Source: an uncultured Gammaproteobacteria bacterium (GTDB taxonomy: Bacteria > Patescibacteriota > Patescibacteriia > JAHIZJ01). From it: a stretch of 64,000 bases of DNA. The position numbers and the translations under genes were made by a program. This document shows positions 37,320 through 47,036 of the stretch, in pieces (within the stretch, counting starts at the first letter, position 1; every line of letters starts with the position of its first letter). Where the stretch lies: the NCBI GenBank assembly GCA_964594455.1, contig CAZQLY010000001.1, forward strand, positions 69,989-133,988, read 5' to 3'. The notes under the pieces were generated by a model. The model saw only the letters and a list, made by a program, of their open reading frames with translations, was not told where the DNA came from and ran no database searches.

Positions 37320-39263
37320 ATGGCAAAAGATAAACGAAAACAGACAGCATTTCAAAAGAAGGAAAAATATAATTTTAACTCAGGTGTTGATAAGAGCACG
37401 CATGGCTTGATGAAAGAGATTTTTCAAGGTGATGAGGCTGAAGAAAAGACTGATATGACGAAAATGGAAAGAAAAACCCGTAATTGGAAAAAGATTACAC
37501 TAATCAGTGCAATTGTTTTTTTGGTATTGGCTTTGGGTGCGGCGGTTCTTGGTTTTTTCGTTTTTAATAAAGAAAGCACTTTCAAGGATGAAGGCATTAG
37601 CCTGGATTATACCGGCAAAGCCCAAGCGATATCCGGCGAAGATTTTGTGTTGAGCATCACCTTCCGTAACCGTGAAAATACTTCTTTGACTGACCAAATT
37701 ATCGAAGTTCAATATCCAGCCGGTTTTACTTACCAATCATCAAATTACGGACCAAGCGGGCAATATAACAACCAGTGGTCGCTGCCTACTTTGGCGGCCG
37801 GACAGGAGTCAACCCTGGAAATAACCGGTCAGATTGTCGGAGATATTGGTACCAGCCGGAATTTTTCCGCTGTCTGGACCTATCAGCCGCTAAACTTCAG
37901 CTCGGAATTTCGCAAGACTCTGGATTGGGAAGTGGTGGTAGCATCATCCACTTTGGAATTAGAACTTGATGGATCGCGCGAGGTAATCTCTGATCAAGAA
38001 ACAGCCTATACTTTGAAGCTGAAAAATACATCGACTCGTGATCTGCAGCGCGTCAAGGTGACCGCCGAATGGCCCAGTGGTTTTGAGCTGAAATCATCTG
38101 AACCATCAATAGACGGTGATGGTTGGCTGTATTCAGAATTATCAGCCGGTGATGAAGAGGAAATTGCGATTAGAGGAATATTTACCGGCTCGCCCGGCGA
38201 TTCCAAAGAATTATTATTTAAGGTGGGTTTAGTCCAGTCGGATGGTTCCACCAACAGCCAATTGGACGAATCGTTTATTATTCTTTTGATTGAACCGCAG
38301 TTACAGATCCAGTTGAGTTTAAATAGTGAAGCCACCTCTGACGCAGTAGAGTGGGGTGATACTCTGGTTTATGACGTAGAGTTGAATAATGCCGGTGATG
38401 TTAAGCTTGATGACGGTCAGGTAACCTTAGTATTTTATGTCTTGTCTGAAGAAGTAGAGACAGAGGCAGAGCTTTTGGATTGGTCTACATTGATAAATCC
38501 TCAAGAGGCGGAACGAGACAATGAAACCTTGGTTTGGACTGCCGATGAGGTATCGGGATTGGAATCGTTTAAACCGGGCAATACCTTAAGCCTGAAAGCT
38601 GAAGTGAACTTGATCTCTCAGCCACCCAGCGAGCTGGTGGAAAAATCAAATATTGCCCTGCAGGCCAAAGTGGATTATTCAGCCCAGCGGACAAGCTCCA
38701 ATGAATCTAATAATTTATCTTATACAACTTCCAGCCAACCGGTTTTGGCAAATATCCTGTCCGAGCCAACCCTGTCGGTGGAAGCTAGATATTATGACGA
38801 TTCCGGAGAAGTGGTCGGGCTAGGAGCCTTGCCGCCGGTTGTGGGAGAAACAACGGTATTCAAAATCTATTGGACTATCAAGAATACTACCAATGACCTT
38901 ACCCAGGCAACAGTAACAGCCACCTTGCCCGACTCGGCTAAATGGATCGGACAGGGGACAGTCAATGCCGGACAGCCATTATCTTTTGATCAATCATCCA
39001 GAAAAATAACTTGGGAAATAAACAAGGTGCCTGCCTTTGCCGGTACTTTTATATCTGATTTGACGGCTGAGTTTAGCGTTAGCATCACCCCTGCCCAGAG
39101 CCAGATAGGCGAGTACGTTTTATTGTTGGATAAGACAGTATTCAGGGCTACGGATGGTTTTGCCGATGAAACAATAGTTTTGTCACGCGATAGCCAGAGC
39201 ACCAGCCTGACTGCTGACGCTTTGGCCAGAGAAAAAGGCAGGGTTATTGGTCGAGGGGATTAG
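37320..39263 (+). CDS. Membrane-anchored surface protein with repeated Ig-like beta-sandwich (DUF11-like) domains
   Basis: Single N-terminal TM; repeated Y/F-x-L-x-L-x-N...P-x-G-F...W pattern. Confidence 0.7.
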   Translation: MAKDKRKQTAFQKKEKYNFNSGVDKSTHGLMKEIFQGDEAEEKTDMTKMERKTRNWKKITLISAIVFLVLALGAAVLGFFVFNKESTFKDEGISLDYTGKAQAISGEDFVLSITFRNRENTSLTDQIIEVQYPAGFTYQSSNYGPSGQYNNQWSLPTLAAGQESTLEITGQIVGDIGTSRNFSAVWTYQPLNFSSEFRKTLDWEVVVASSTLELELDGSREVISDQETAYTLKLKNTSTRDLQRVKVTAEWPSGFELKSSEPSIDGDGWLYSELSAGDEEEIAIRGIFTGSPGDSKELLFKVGLVQSDGSTNSQLDESFIILLIEPQLQIQLSLNSEATSDAVEWGDTLVYDVELNNAGDVKLDDGQVTLVFYVLSEEVETEAELLDWSTLINPQEAERDNETLVWTADEVSGLESFKPGNTLSLKAEVNLISQPPSELVEKSNIALQAKVDYSAQRTSSNESNNLSYTTSSQPVLANILSEPTLSVEARYYDDSGEVVGLGALPPVVGETTVFKIYWTIKNTTNDLTQATVTATLPDSAKWIGQGTVNAGQPLSFDQSSRKITWEINKVPAFAGTFISDLTAEFSVSITPAQSQIGEYVLLLDKTVFRATDGFADETIVLSRDSQSTSLTADALAREKGRVIGRGD

Positions 39264-39267
39264 GTTT

Positions 39268-39342
39268 AATGAATAATGAAGAATTAAGAATTAATAATTT
39301 TGGTTCTTCTTTTTCATTTTTTATTATTCATTTTTAATTAAT
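39268..39342. repeat. AT-rich heptamer tandem repeats arranged as an inverted pair
   Basis: AATGAAT AATGAAG AATTAAG AATTAAT, then TTCATTT/TTATTAT units. Confidence 0.6.
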
Positions 39343-39346
39343 ATCA

Positions 39347-40438
39347 ATGTTCCAGGTTCTGAAAAAATCTAGAAATTCATCGGCTCGTCTAGGGTTATTA
39401 AAAACCTCTCATGGTGTAATTGAGACGCCTTTTTTTATGCCGATTGCCACCCGGGGCTCGGTCAAAGCCGTTACCCCAGACGAGCTGGAAAACATTGGCG
39501 CCCAAATAATACTGTCAAATACCTACCACCTTTATCTTAAACCCGGATTAAAAGTAATAAAGAAGGCCGGGGGATTGCACAAGCTGATGAATTGGCCGGG
39601 GCCGATTCTGACTGACTCGGGCGGTTTTCAGGTATTCAGCTTGGCCCACGCGCGCAAGATCACTGATTCTGGAGTGGAATTCAAAGATGATGTTTCCGGC
39701 CAGAAACATAAGCTGACTCCGGCAAAAGCCATGGAAATTCAAAAGGTTCTTGGCTCAGATATTCGAATGGTGCTGGATGAGTGCTCGGGTTATCCTGTAA
39801 CAAAGGCTAAGTCTTTAGTAGCAGTCAAAAGAACCACCAACTGGGCAAAAAAATCTTTGCCGTATCGTAATAAAAAGCAGTTAACTTTTGGCATAGTCCA
39901 AGGAGCCACTTATAACGATTTACGAAAAAAGAGTTTAGAAGAAATAACCAGTTTGCCTTTTGACGGCTTTGCTCTAGGCGGATTGGCGGTGGGTGAGCCA
40001 GAAACAAAAATGTGGCCGATAGTAAAAAAGTTTACCCCCAGGCTACCGGCTAATAAACCCAGATATTTAATGGGATTTGGTAAACCAGACCAGATAGTCC
40101 GAGCGGTCCAGGCGGGAATTGATATGTTTGATTGCGTTATCCCAACCCGCAATGCTCGGCACGGCCAAATATTCATCTGGAAGAAACCCTATAATATTTC
40201 CAAACCGGCTTTTTACCAGGAGATCAGAATAAAGAATTCACGCTTTGCTAATGATCAGAAACCATTGGATCAACACTGCCAATGCTATACCTGCAAAAAC
40301 TTTTCTCGGGCTTACCTCAGGCATTTGTTTATGGCTAGCGAACCCTTAGCTCTTCGACTGGCCACCCTACACAATTTGAGTTTTTATATTACTTTGACCA
40401 AGAAGATACGTTCCACTATAAAAAGGGGCCAGTTGTGA
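39347..40438 (+). CDS. tgt: tRNA-guanine transglycosylase
   Basis: NTYHL, TDSGGFQ, GGLAVGE, DMFDCVIPTR and CxCxxC. Confidence 0.97.
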   Translation: MFQVLKKSRNSSARLGLLKTSHGVIETPFFMPIATRGSVKAVTPDELENIGAQIILSNTYHLYLKPGLKVIKKAGGLHKLMNWPGPILTDSGGFQVFSLAHARKITDSGVEFKDDVSGQKHKLTPAKAMEIQKVLGSDIRMVLDECSGYPVTKAKSLVAVKRTTNWAKKSLPYRNKKQLTFGIVQGATYNDLRKKSLEEITSLPFDGFALGGLAVGEPETKMWPIVKKFTPRLPANKPRYLMGFGKPDQIVRAVQAGIDMFDCVIPTRNARHGQIFIWKKPYNISKPAFYQEIRIKNSRFANDQKPLDQHCQCYTCKNFSRAYLRHLFMASEPLALRLATLHNLSFYITLTKKIRSTIKRGQL

Positions 40439-40529
40439 TTTGACCAGCTGCCTCTATTGTCCTAAGATACGAAGCCGTACATTCGCAATCAAAAAACCAA
40501 ACCTAAACCGGGGAGGAGGGGTCGCATTG

Positions 40530-40784
40530 ATGAGATACCTGTCAGTACCGTTCTCAGCGATTCTACTAATCTGGGTCGCATTCAATCTGTGTTTGATCAT
40601 AGCCTTTCCCATCAACGCTGTACTGAATCTGATTGGCTTCAGTAGCTGGTCAGTATTCGGACCACTATCGCTTCTGTGGTCCTCATACTGGAGGTTCGCT
40701 ATTTACACAACAGTTTACCTGATAGCTGCGATGGTGATTGAAGGCATTGGATCAAGGAGGGGTAACCCATGCCGGAATCCGTGA
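40530..40784 (+). CDS. Small membrane orphan protein
   Basis: TTGACC-17-TAAGAT promoter, GGAGGAGG SD, hydrophobic. Confidence 0.55.
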   Translation: MRYLSVPFSAILLIWVAFNLCLIIAFPINAVLNLIGFSSWSVFGPLSLLWSSYWRFAIYTTVYLIAAMVIEGIGSRRGNPCRNP

Positions 40785-40987
40785 AGTGGCTCAATGCGGT
40801 CTGGTTCATACTGAACCTTATCGCTAGTCTTATAGCGTTGGCACTACGTCTTGGGCATTCGCAATTCACAGACAGTTGCTGGCTATTCGTCAGGATGTCG
40901 TGGCTAGTTTGGCTCCTCTTTTTCTTTTCACTGGTGTTTGGTTACCACGCAGTGCAACGGCGCAAAAGAAAACGTGCCGCACAGTAA
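40769..40987 (+). CDS. Small two-TM orphan protein
   Basis: AAGGAGG SD, two TMs, basic tail, terminator follows. Confidence 0.55.
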   Translation: MPESVKWLNAVWFILNLIASLIALALRLGHSQFTDSCWLFVRMSWLVWLLFFFSLVFGYHAVQRRKRKRAAQ

Positions 40988-41073
40988 TACCCCCATCTTT
41001 ATTATAAGGTGGGTCTTTTTTGATTTTTTATTAAAAAAATGCTATAATTAAAGAAACAAAAGTTAAATATAAT

Positions 41074-41436
41074 ATGAGTTTTATCTTAACTTCATTAAAG
41101 CTGGTTGTCGTTGATATCCTTGGGAGTATCGGCCATTTTCCATTTTGGTGGTACACCAAGGGCTTTAAAATGGCAACTATTTTTGTATTCGGAAAAATAT
41201 CTGATGCGGAGAAAGCCTTAGCTATCAGAATCCAGCTGCGCTATTTATTTAAACCAATGTACGCTGATTATACCAAGAGCGGCCGGGCTATTAGTGTTGT
41301 TATGAGGTTAATTGTCTTAGGGTTCAAGTCTGTCATAATGGCAGTTGCCTTAGTATTTTGGCTAATTGTTTTGGTGATCTGGATAACCCTCCCGCCAACC
41401 GCGATATATTTTATAGTTATTAACCTGACTGCTTAA
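41074..41436 (+). CDS. Conserved-looking hypothetical membrane protein
   Basis: FPFWWYT...LFKPMY...GR pattern; abuts the Clp ATPase gene. Confidence 0.7.
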   Translation: MSFILTSLKLVVVDILGSIGHFPFWWYTKGFKMATIFVFGKISDAEKALAIRIQLRYLFKPMYADYTKSGRAISVVMRLIVLGFKSVIMAVALVFWLIVLVIWITLPPTAIYFIVINLTA

Positions 41437-44163
41437 ATGCCCGAGGTAAAAGCGACAATTCCACCTCTGCAATACTTTCCCTGGCCTGGCAAAAATAAAC
41501 CCCATGAAATTGTGGGTTGGTTTAACGGCCGCATAAGATATTGGAATAAGGCGGTGGATGAAATAAGTATTTGGTCCACTCGCCTGACAGAGATCAGCCG
41601 GACAATTTATACTATGATATTGATGCTGTTCGGTGTTTTTGGCTTGGGCGTGGGTATTTTCAAAGTTGCTGATATCTTGAATGATGATTTATCTTTTCAA
41701 TTGCTCTGGGAAGCTCGGGAACCTGAATTTATTATCTTTTGGGTTTCGGTGTTAGTTGATTGTTATATTTTTTATCGATTTGCCTGGCTGCAGCAGCACC
41801 GTAAAAAAATTGAGATGGAAGCTCCGGCTCCACTGGAATTTCATCACGCTGAGTATGCTACTATTGCCAAATTGCCGCCAAAGACCTGGATGGAAATATC
41901 AGCCTATTTTTCACCTGAGGCAAATAAAGCTGTGGAGAGGGCTGTAAGCTTTGCGGCTTCTTTGAAACATGATCAGGTCGACCCGATCCATTTGTTAATG
42001 GTCATTGCCAAAGAAAAACAGGTAGCTGTTATGTTTGCCCGACTTGGCATTCCTCCCAAAATACTTATGGATCATATCAATAAATCATTACGTAAGATCA
42101 AGAAAAGCAATTCAGCATCGCCTGATCTCTCGCAAAGTTTTCACCAGCTCTTACTGGGAGCTTATGAAGAGGCCTATCGTCGGAGAGGTAACCAGGTTGA
42201 AATTCCAGATTTGTTCACTGCCATTATGAAAACCGGAAAAGTAGCACAGGCTATTTTGTACGATTTAGATGTGGAAGCGGACGAATTGCGCAACGTAGTT
42301 ATTTGGTCGATGATCCAGGCGGATCTGCGCAAACAGATGAGACGCTATCGTGCTCGGGCCCGCTTCAAACCAAAAAATACAATGAATCGGGCAATGACCG
42401 CTGTGGCCACGCCGTTTCTGGATAAATTTAGCCAGGATTATACTTTGATGGCCAAAGCTGGCGCCCTGGATTATTGTGTTGATCGGAACGACGAGATAGA
42501 AAGTATTTTCCGAGCTGTTGAAGCCGGCAATAACGGCATCGTATTGGTCGGTAATCCCGGAGTAGGTCGTAAAACCATCGTGGCCGGTTTGGCTGAGAGA
42601 ATGGTGACTGAAGACGTTCCGCCGGTTTTTGAAGACAAACGCCTGGTTAGTTTGAGTATTAGCGCCTTGGTAGCGGGTGCCTCAGCGCCGGGGCAGTTGG
42701 AAGAAAGGCTTTTAGGAATAATGGCTGAAGCTGGCCGTTCCGGCAACATAGTTTTCTTTATCGAAGACATCCATAATATGATCGGTGTTAACACTGAAGG
42801 CGGCCAGGGCTTGGACCTCTCTGAAGTATTTGCCGAGTTTATTCAGAAACAGGCTTTTATTGTAATAACCAGTACCAATCCAACAGAATACCGCCGCTAT
42901 GTGGAACGCAGCAGTATCGGTGAAATATTGCATAAAGTAAATGTTGATGAGATGGACGAAACTCAAACCATCCATGTCTTAGAAGCCAAATCAGGATACA
43001 TTGAGTATCAGCAAAAAGTGTTTTTCTCGTATGAATCAATCGCCGCTATCGTACGGCTCGCAAAACGATATGTCTACGAGAAATTTTTCCCGGAAAAAGC
43101 TATTCAATTGATGGAAGAAGTTGCCTCCTATGTAAGACGAACCAAGGGAGTAAAGAATATAGTAACAGCCGAGGATGTGGCTCAGGTTATCTCTGCGAGA
43201 GTCAAAGTTCCTGTTACAAAAGTTACCCAAAAAGAGAGTGTTAAGCTGCTTCAACTAGAACAAAGAATTCATCAGCGCCTAGTTGATCAAGAAGAAGCCG
43301 TCAATATGGTAGCGGCGGCTTTGCGGAGAGCCCGAGCAGAATTAAGAGACCTGAAGAGACCAATTGTTAATTTGCTGTTTTTGGGCCCGACCGGTGTCGG
43401 AAAAACCGAATTGTCAAAAACTGTGGCCGAGGCCTACTTTGGCAGTGAAGATTCAATGATCCGTATAGATATGTCTGAATATCAAACCAAAGAAAGTATT
43501 AAGCGTTTGATTGGGGCGTCACCCGGTATGGCCAAGGGCGAAGAAGGAGGTTATCTGACTGAAGCAGTTCGTCGGACACCTTTTTCTCTATTACTGCTTG
43601 ATGAAATTGAAAAAGCCCATCCAGATATATTAAATTTGTTTTTACAAGTTTTTGATGATGGGCGCTTAACAGATTCTCAGGGCCGAACCATTGATTTCAC
43701 TAACACTATTATTATTGCTACTTCCAATGCTGGAACCCCGTTGATACAGAAAATGGTCAAAGAAGGCGTTCCGGTTGAGAAAATAAGAGACGAGCTGATT
43801 GATAAGGAATTATCAAAATATTACCGGCCAGAGTTTCTTAACCGGTTTGATGGTATTATGGTTTTCAAGCCCTTGTCACCAGAAGATTTGTATAAAATTG
43901 CTGAATTACTTCTGATCAAAGTGGCGCGTCGTTTGGAAGATAAAGGAATTATGCTGCAGGCCACAGCAGAAGCGATCAAGGAATTGGTTAAAGAGGGCTA
44001 TGATCCGGCCTTTGGAGCCCGACCGTTGCGCAGAGTTATTCAGAATAAAGTTGACAATGCTCTGGCTAATTTTTTGCTTCAAGGAAAATTGACCCGGAGA
44101 GATATTGCAATTCTAGAACCAGGCGGTGTTATCCGAGTAGAAAAGGCGGAATCATTTAAATAG
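41437..44163 (+). CDS. ClpA/B/C-family AAA+ ATPase with N-terminal TM helices
   Basis: Clp-N repeats; GNPGVGRKT; GPTGVGKTEL, RIDMSEY, LLDEIEKAHP and GARPLRR. Confidence 0.9.
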   Translation: MPEVKATIPPLQYFPWPGKNKPHEIVGWFNGRIRYWNKAVDEISIWSTRLTEISRTIYTMILMLFGVFGLGVGIFKVADILNDDLSFQLLWEAREPEFIIFWVSVLVDCYIFYRFAWLQQHRKKIEMEAPAPLEFHHAEYATIAKLPPKTWMEISAYFSPEANKAVERAVSFAASLKHDQVDPIHLLMVIAKEKQVAVMFARLGIPPKILMDHINKSLRKIKKSNSASPDLSQSFHQLLLGAYEEAYRRRGNQVEIPDLFTAIMKTGKVAQAILYDLDVEADELRNVVIWSMIQADLRKQMRRYRARARFKPKNTMNRAMTAVATPFLDKFSQDYTLMAKAGALDYCVDRNDEIESIFRAVEAGNNGIVLVGNPGVGRKTIVAGLAERMVTEDVPPVFEDKRLVSLSISALVAGASAPGQLEERLLGIMAEAGRSGNIVFFIEDIHNMIGVNTEGGQGLDLSEVFAEFIQKQAFIVITSTNPTEYRRYVERSSIGEILHKVNVDEMDETQTIHVLEAKSGYIEYQQKVFFSYESIAAIVRLAKRYVYEKFFPEKAIQLMEEVASYVRRTKGVKNIVTAEDVAQVISARVKVPVTKVTQKESVKLLQLEQRIHQRLVDQEEAVNMVAAALRRARAELRDLKRPIVNLLFLGPTGVGKTELSKTVAEAYFGSEDSMIRIDMSEYQTKESIKRLIGASPGMAKGEEGGYLTEAVRRTPFSLLLLDEIEKAHPDILNLFLQVFDDGRLTDSQGRTIDFTNTIIIATSNAGTPLIQKMVKEGVPVEKIRDELIDKELSKYYRPEFLNRFDGIMVFKPLSPEDLYKIAELLLIKVARRLEDKGIMLQATAEAIKELVKEGYDPAFGARPLRRVIQNKVDNALANFLLQGKLTRRDIAILEPGGVIRVEKAESFK

Positions 44164-44206
44164 TATAAAAAAGAACAGTCAAAAGGTACTGGAGGCTGTT
44201 TTTTTG

Positions 44207-44235
44207 TTTACACATTATACAATTAATGTTATAAT
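44207..44235 (+). promoter_or_regulatory. sigma70 promoter of the glyQS leader
   Basis: TTTACA-17-TATAAT with extended TG. Confidence 0.65.
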
Positions 44236-44240
44236 TTTTG

Positions 44241-44375
44241 GGAAAGAAACAAAAAAAGACCCAGACACGCGGGTCGGAGGGGTGCCTACAAGAGACAGTA
44301 TAACCTTTGTGTCTGGGCTTCCGGCTGATGACCCCCCGGTGCGAAAGCGTGTAGTTCCTAAAGATCTATAGCTGG
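44241..44375 (+). ncRNA. Candidate structured leader RNA upstream of glyQS
   Basis: GC-rich island with multiple crossing helices (see findings). Confidence 0.45.
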
Positions 44376-44400
44376 TAATAATATATTTTTTTAAGTTAAT

Positions 44401-45723
44401 ATGTCAAGAGACAATATGGCAATGGAAAAGTTAGTTTCGCTCGCCAAAAGGCGGGGTTTTATTTTTCCTAGCGCTGAGAAATATGGCGGGTTAGCCGGTT
44501 TTTGGGATTGGGGCCCGCTAGGAGTTGAATTGAAAAATAATATTAAAAAGCTGTGGTGGAAACGCTTTGTCCAAGAAAGACGGGACGTGGTGGGTCTCGA
44601 CAGTGCGATTATAACCAACCCAATGGTCTGGGAAAAAAGCGGCCACGCCCAGGGCTTTGCTGATAAACTATTAGAATGTAAGGAATGCCATCAAAGGTTT
44701 AGAGAAGAAGACATCACCATAGACAGAAAATGCCCCAATTGCGGCCAAAGCAATTTCGGGGCAGCCAGGGATTTTAATCTGATGTTACAAACCAATGTCG
44801 GCCCGGCCACCGATTCTGCATCGACTGCCTATTTGAGACCGGAAACTGCTCAAAATATTTTTGTAAACTTTGATACCGTTGTTCAAACTTGTCGTAAGAA
44901 GATACCTTTTGGAATCGCTCAGATTGGAAAAGCCTTTCGCAACGAGATCACACCGGGTAATTTCATATTCCGATCTAGAGAATTTGAACAGATGGAGTTG
45001 GAATTTTTTGTCAGCCCGAAGGAAGATAAAAAGTGGTTTGACTACTGGGTTGATATGTCACTGCGATGGTTTTTGGAATTGGGGATTAAGGAGACGAATA
45101 TTAAGAAGCGAGTTCAGAAAAAAGACGAGCTGGCTCATTATGCCAAACAAACAATTGATATCGAGTATAAATGGCCGTTCGATAAAGGCTGGGGTGAGCT
45201 GATTGGCATAGCTAACCGTACCGATTATGATACCAAGGCCCATCAAATAGAATACCGTGATGAGTCAGAGAAATTTCATCCCCATGTTATCGAGCCTTCC
45301 TTTGGCGTTGAGCGGCCAGCGCTGGCATTCTTACTGGACGCATTTGAAGAGGTTAAAGGCGGACGGACTACGACTACCAAGAGTACCAAAGAAGCAGAAA
45401 CAGTTTTACGCCTGCATAAGAGCCTGGCGCCAATTAAAATTGCTGTTCTACCTCTGTCAAAGAAAGAACCCTTGGCTAAACTGGCCCAAAATATTTTTGA
45501 TTCACTCAAATTTAAATATTTCTGCGATTATGATGATGTGGCCTCGATTGGTCGCCGTTATCGCCGCCAGGATGAGGTCGGAACCCCATACTGTTTAACT
45601 GTAGACTTTGAATCTTTGGAAGACAAAAAAGTCACTGTACGTGATCGCGATACCATGGAGCAGGAACGAATAGCTATAGAATCATTGATAGACTACTTTG
45701 CTGAAAAATTCAATGAAATATAA
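44401..45723 (+). CDS. glyQS: Glycine--tRNA ligase (homodimeric type)
   Basis: YLRPETAQ, IAQIGKAFRNEI, REFEQMELE, IEPSFG and IGRRYRRQDEVG. Confidence 0.96.
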   Translation: MSRDNMAMEKLVSLAKRRGFIFPSAEKYGGLAGFWDWGPLGVELKNNIKKLWWKRFVQERRDVVGLDSAIITNPMVWEKSGHAQGFADKLLECKECHQRFREEDITIDRKCPNCGQSNFGAARDFNLMLQTNVGPATDSASTAYLRPETAQNIFVNFDTVVQTCRKKIPFGIAQIGKAFRNEITPGNFIFRSREFEQMELEFFVSPKEDKKWFDYWVDMSLRWFLELGIKETNIKKRVQKKDELAHYAKQTIDIEYKWPFDKGWGELIGIANRTDYDTKAHQIEYRDESEKFHPHVIEPSFGVERPALAFLLDAFEEVKGGRTTTTKSTKEAETVLRLHKSLAPIKIAVLPLSKKEPLAKLAQNIFDSLKFKYFCDYDDVASIGRRYRRQDEVGTPYCLTVDFESLEDKKVTVRDRDTMEQERIAIESLIDYFAEKFNEI

Positions 45724-46981
45724 TAAAACCGTTAATGCCAACGGACTAAGGGTTATTACAGTACCGCGTTCAGATTCCAAAGCGGTAACTATTATGGTTG
45801 TAGTGAAAGTTGGCTCCAGGCATGAAACTGCTAAGATTAATGGTATCTCTCATTTTGTTGAACACATGATGTTCAAGGGGACAGCCAAAAGACCGACTAC
45901 TTTAGAAATTTCAAAAGCCTTAGATTCAGTCGGTGCTGAATATAATGCTTTTACTGCCAAGGACCATACTGGCTATTATATAAAAGTTGATCGAAGACAT
46001 ATCAATCTTGCTTTGGATATTATTTCAGATATGTTAATTAATTCGAAATTTGATTCTGTCGAGCTGGAACGAGAAAAGGGAGTTATCGTCGAGGAGATTA
46101 ATATGTATGAAGACAATCCACTAATGTATGTTGAAGAGCTACTGGAACAGTTAGTCTATGGCAAGAACGATAAGCTGGGCCGATTAATATCTGGATCAAG
46201 ACAAACGGTGCGGGGATTAACCCGAGCCGATCTGGTGGACTATGTCGATAAATACTATTCCTCGGACCGAACTGTTGTAGTGGCGGCGGGTGCCGTTGAT
46301 GATAAGGTGCAAGCCAAGATATCAAAATTGTTTTCTAACTATCACAGAAGCTCCCAGCCGGAAAAATTTAGTCGGAGAAAAATCACTCAAACCAAACCCA
46401 GGGTCTCAATTTTAAAGAAGAAGACAGAGCAAATCCAGCTGGGCTTGGGATTTCCTGGGGTGGCCTACAATGATTCGCGCCGTTATGCTGTAGCCTTGCT
46501 CAGGATAATAATGGGCGGCAATATGAGTTCACGCTTGTTTATTTCCATACGGGAACGGCAAGGACTAGCCTATTATATAAAGGCTGATCACGGTTTTTTT
46601 GAGGATACTGGATTGTTTTATGTCCAAGCTGGCTTAGATAAATCGAGACTGGAACTGGCTATCGCCGCTATATTAAAGGAAATCAATGAAGTAAAGAAAA
46701 AAGGAGTCAACCTGGCAGAAGTCAAAAAAGCCAAAGATTTTCTGCAAGGCAAAATAGTTTTGGATTTGGATGATTCCAGTAATATTGCATCCTGGTTTGC
46801 GCGGCAGGAGGCGGTCGAAGGCAAATCATTGTCTCCGGAAGAGCATTTTGCGTTTATTAATAAGGTAAAACCCAAGGATATCCAGAAAGCTGCCCAACAG
46901 CTGTTTATCAAGAATAAATTGAACCTTGCCTTGATTGGTCCTGTCTCTTCTACCCAGTCAATAAAAAAAGTTATTCAATAA
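45713..46981 (+). CDS. M16 family Zn peptidase
   Basis: GISHFVEHMMFKGT, NAFT and SSRLF..IRE..GLAY. Confidence 0.92.
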   Translation: MKYNKTVNANGLRVITVPRSDSKAVTIMVVVKVGSRHETAKINGISHFVEHMMFKGTAKRPTTLEISKALDSVGAEYNAFTAKDHTGYYIKVDRRHINLALDIISDMLINSKFDSVELEREKGVIVEEINMYEDNPLMYVEELLEQLVYGKNDKLGRLISGSRQTVRGLTRADLVDYVDKYYSSDRTVVVAAGAVDDKVQAKISKLFSNYHRSSQPEKFSRRKITQTKPRVSILKKKTEQIQLGLGFPGVAYNDSRRYAVALLRIIMGGNMSSRLFISIRERQGLAYYIKADHGFFEDTGLFYVQAGLDKSRLELAIAAILKEINEVKKKGVNLAEVKKAKDFLQGKIVLDLDDSSNIASWFARQEAVEGKSLSPEEHFAFINKVKPKDIQKAAQQLFIKNKLNLALIGPVSSTQSIKKVIQ

Positions 46982-47036
46982 TTTTGCAGGATTGGCGATT
47001 TTTCGGTATAATTAAAAGTGCGTGTAATTGACAAAA

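Noticed and set aside
44324-44350. CTGATGA...GAAA resembling a hammerhead ribozyme core
   Set aside because: The intervening bases cannot form stem II with the required closing pair; the GAAA is better explained as a GC-GAAA-GC tetraloop.
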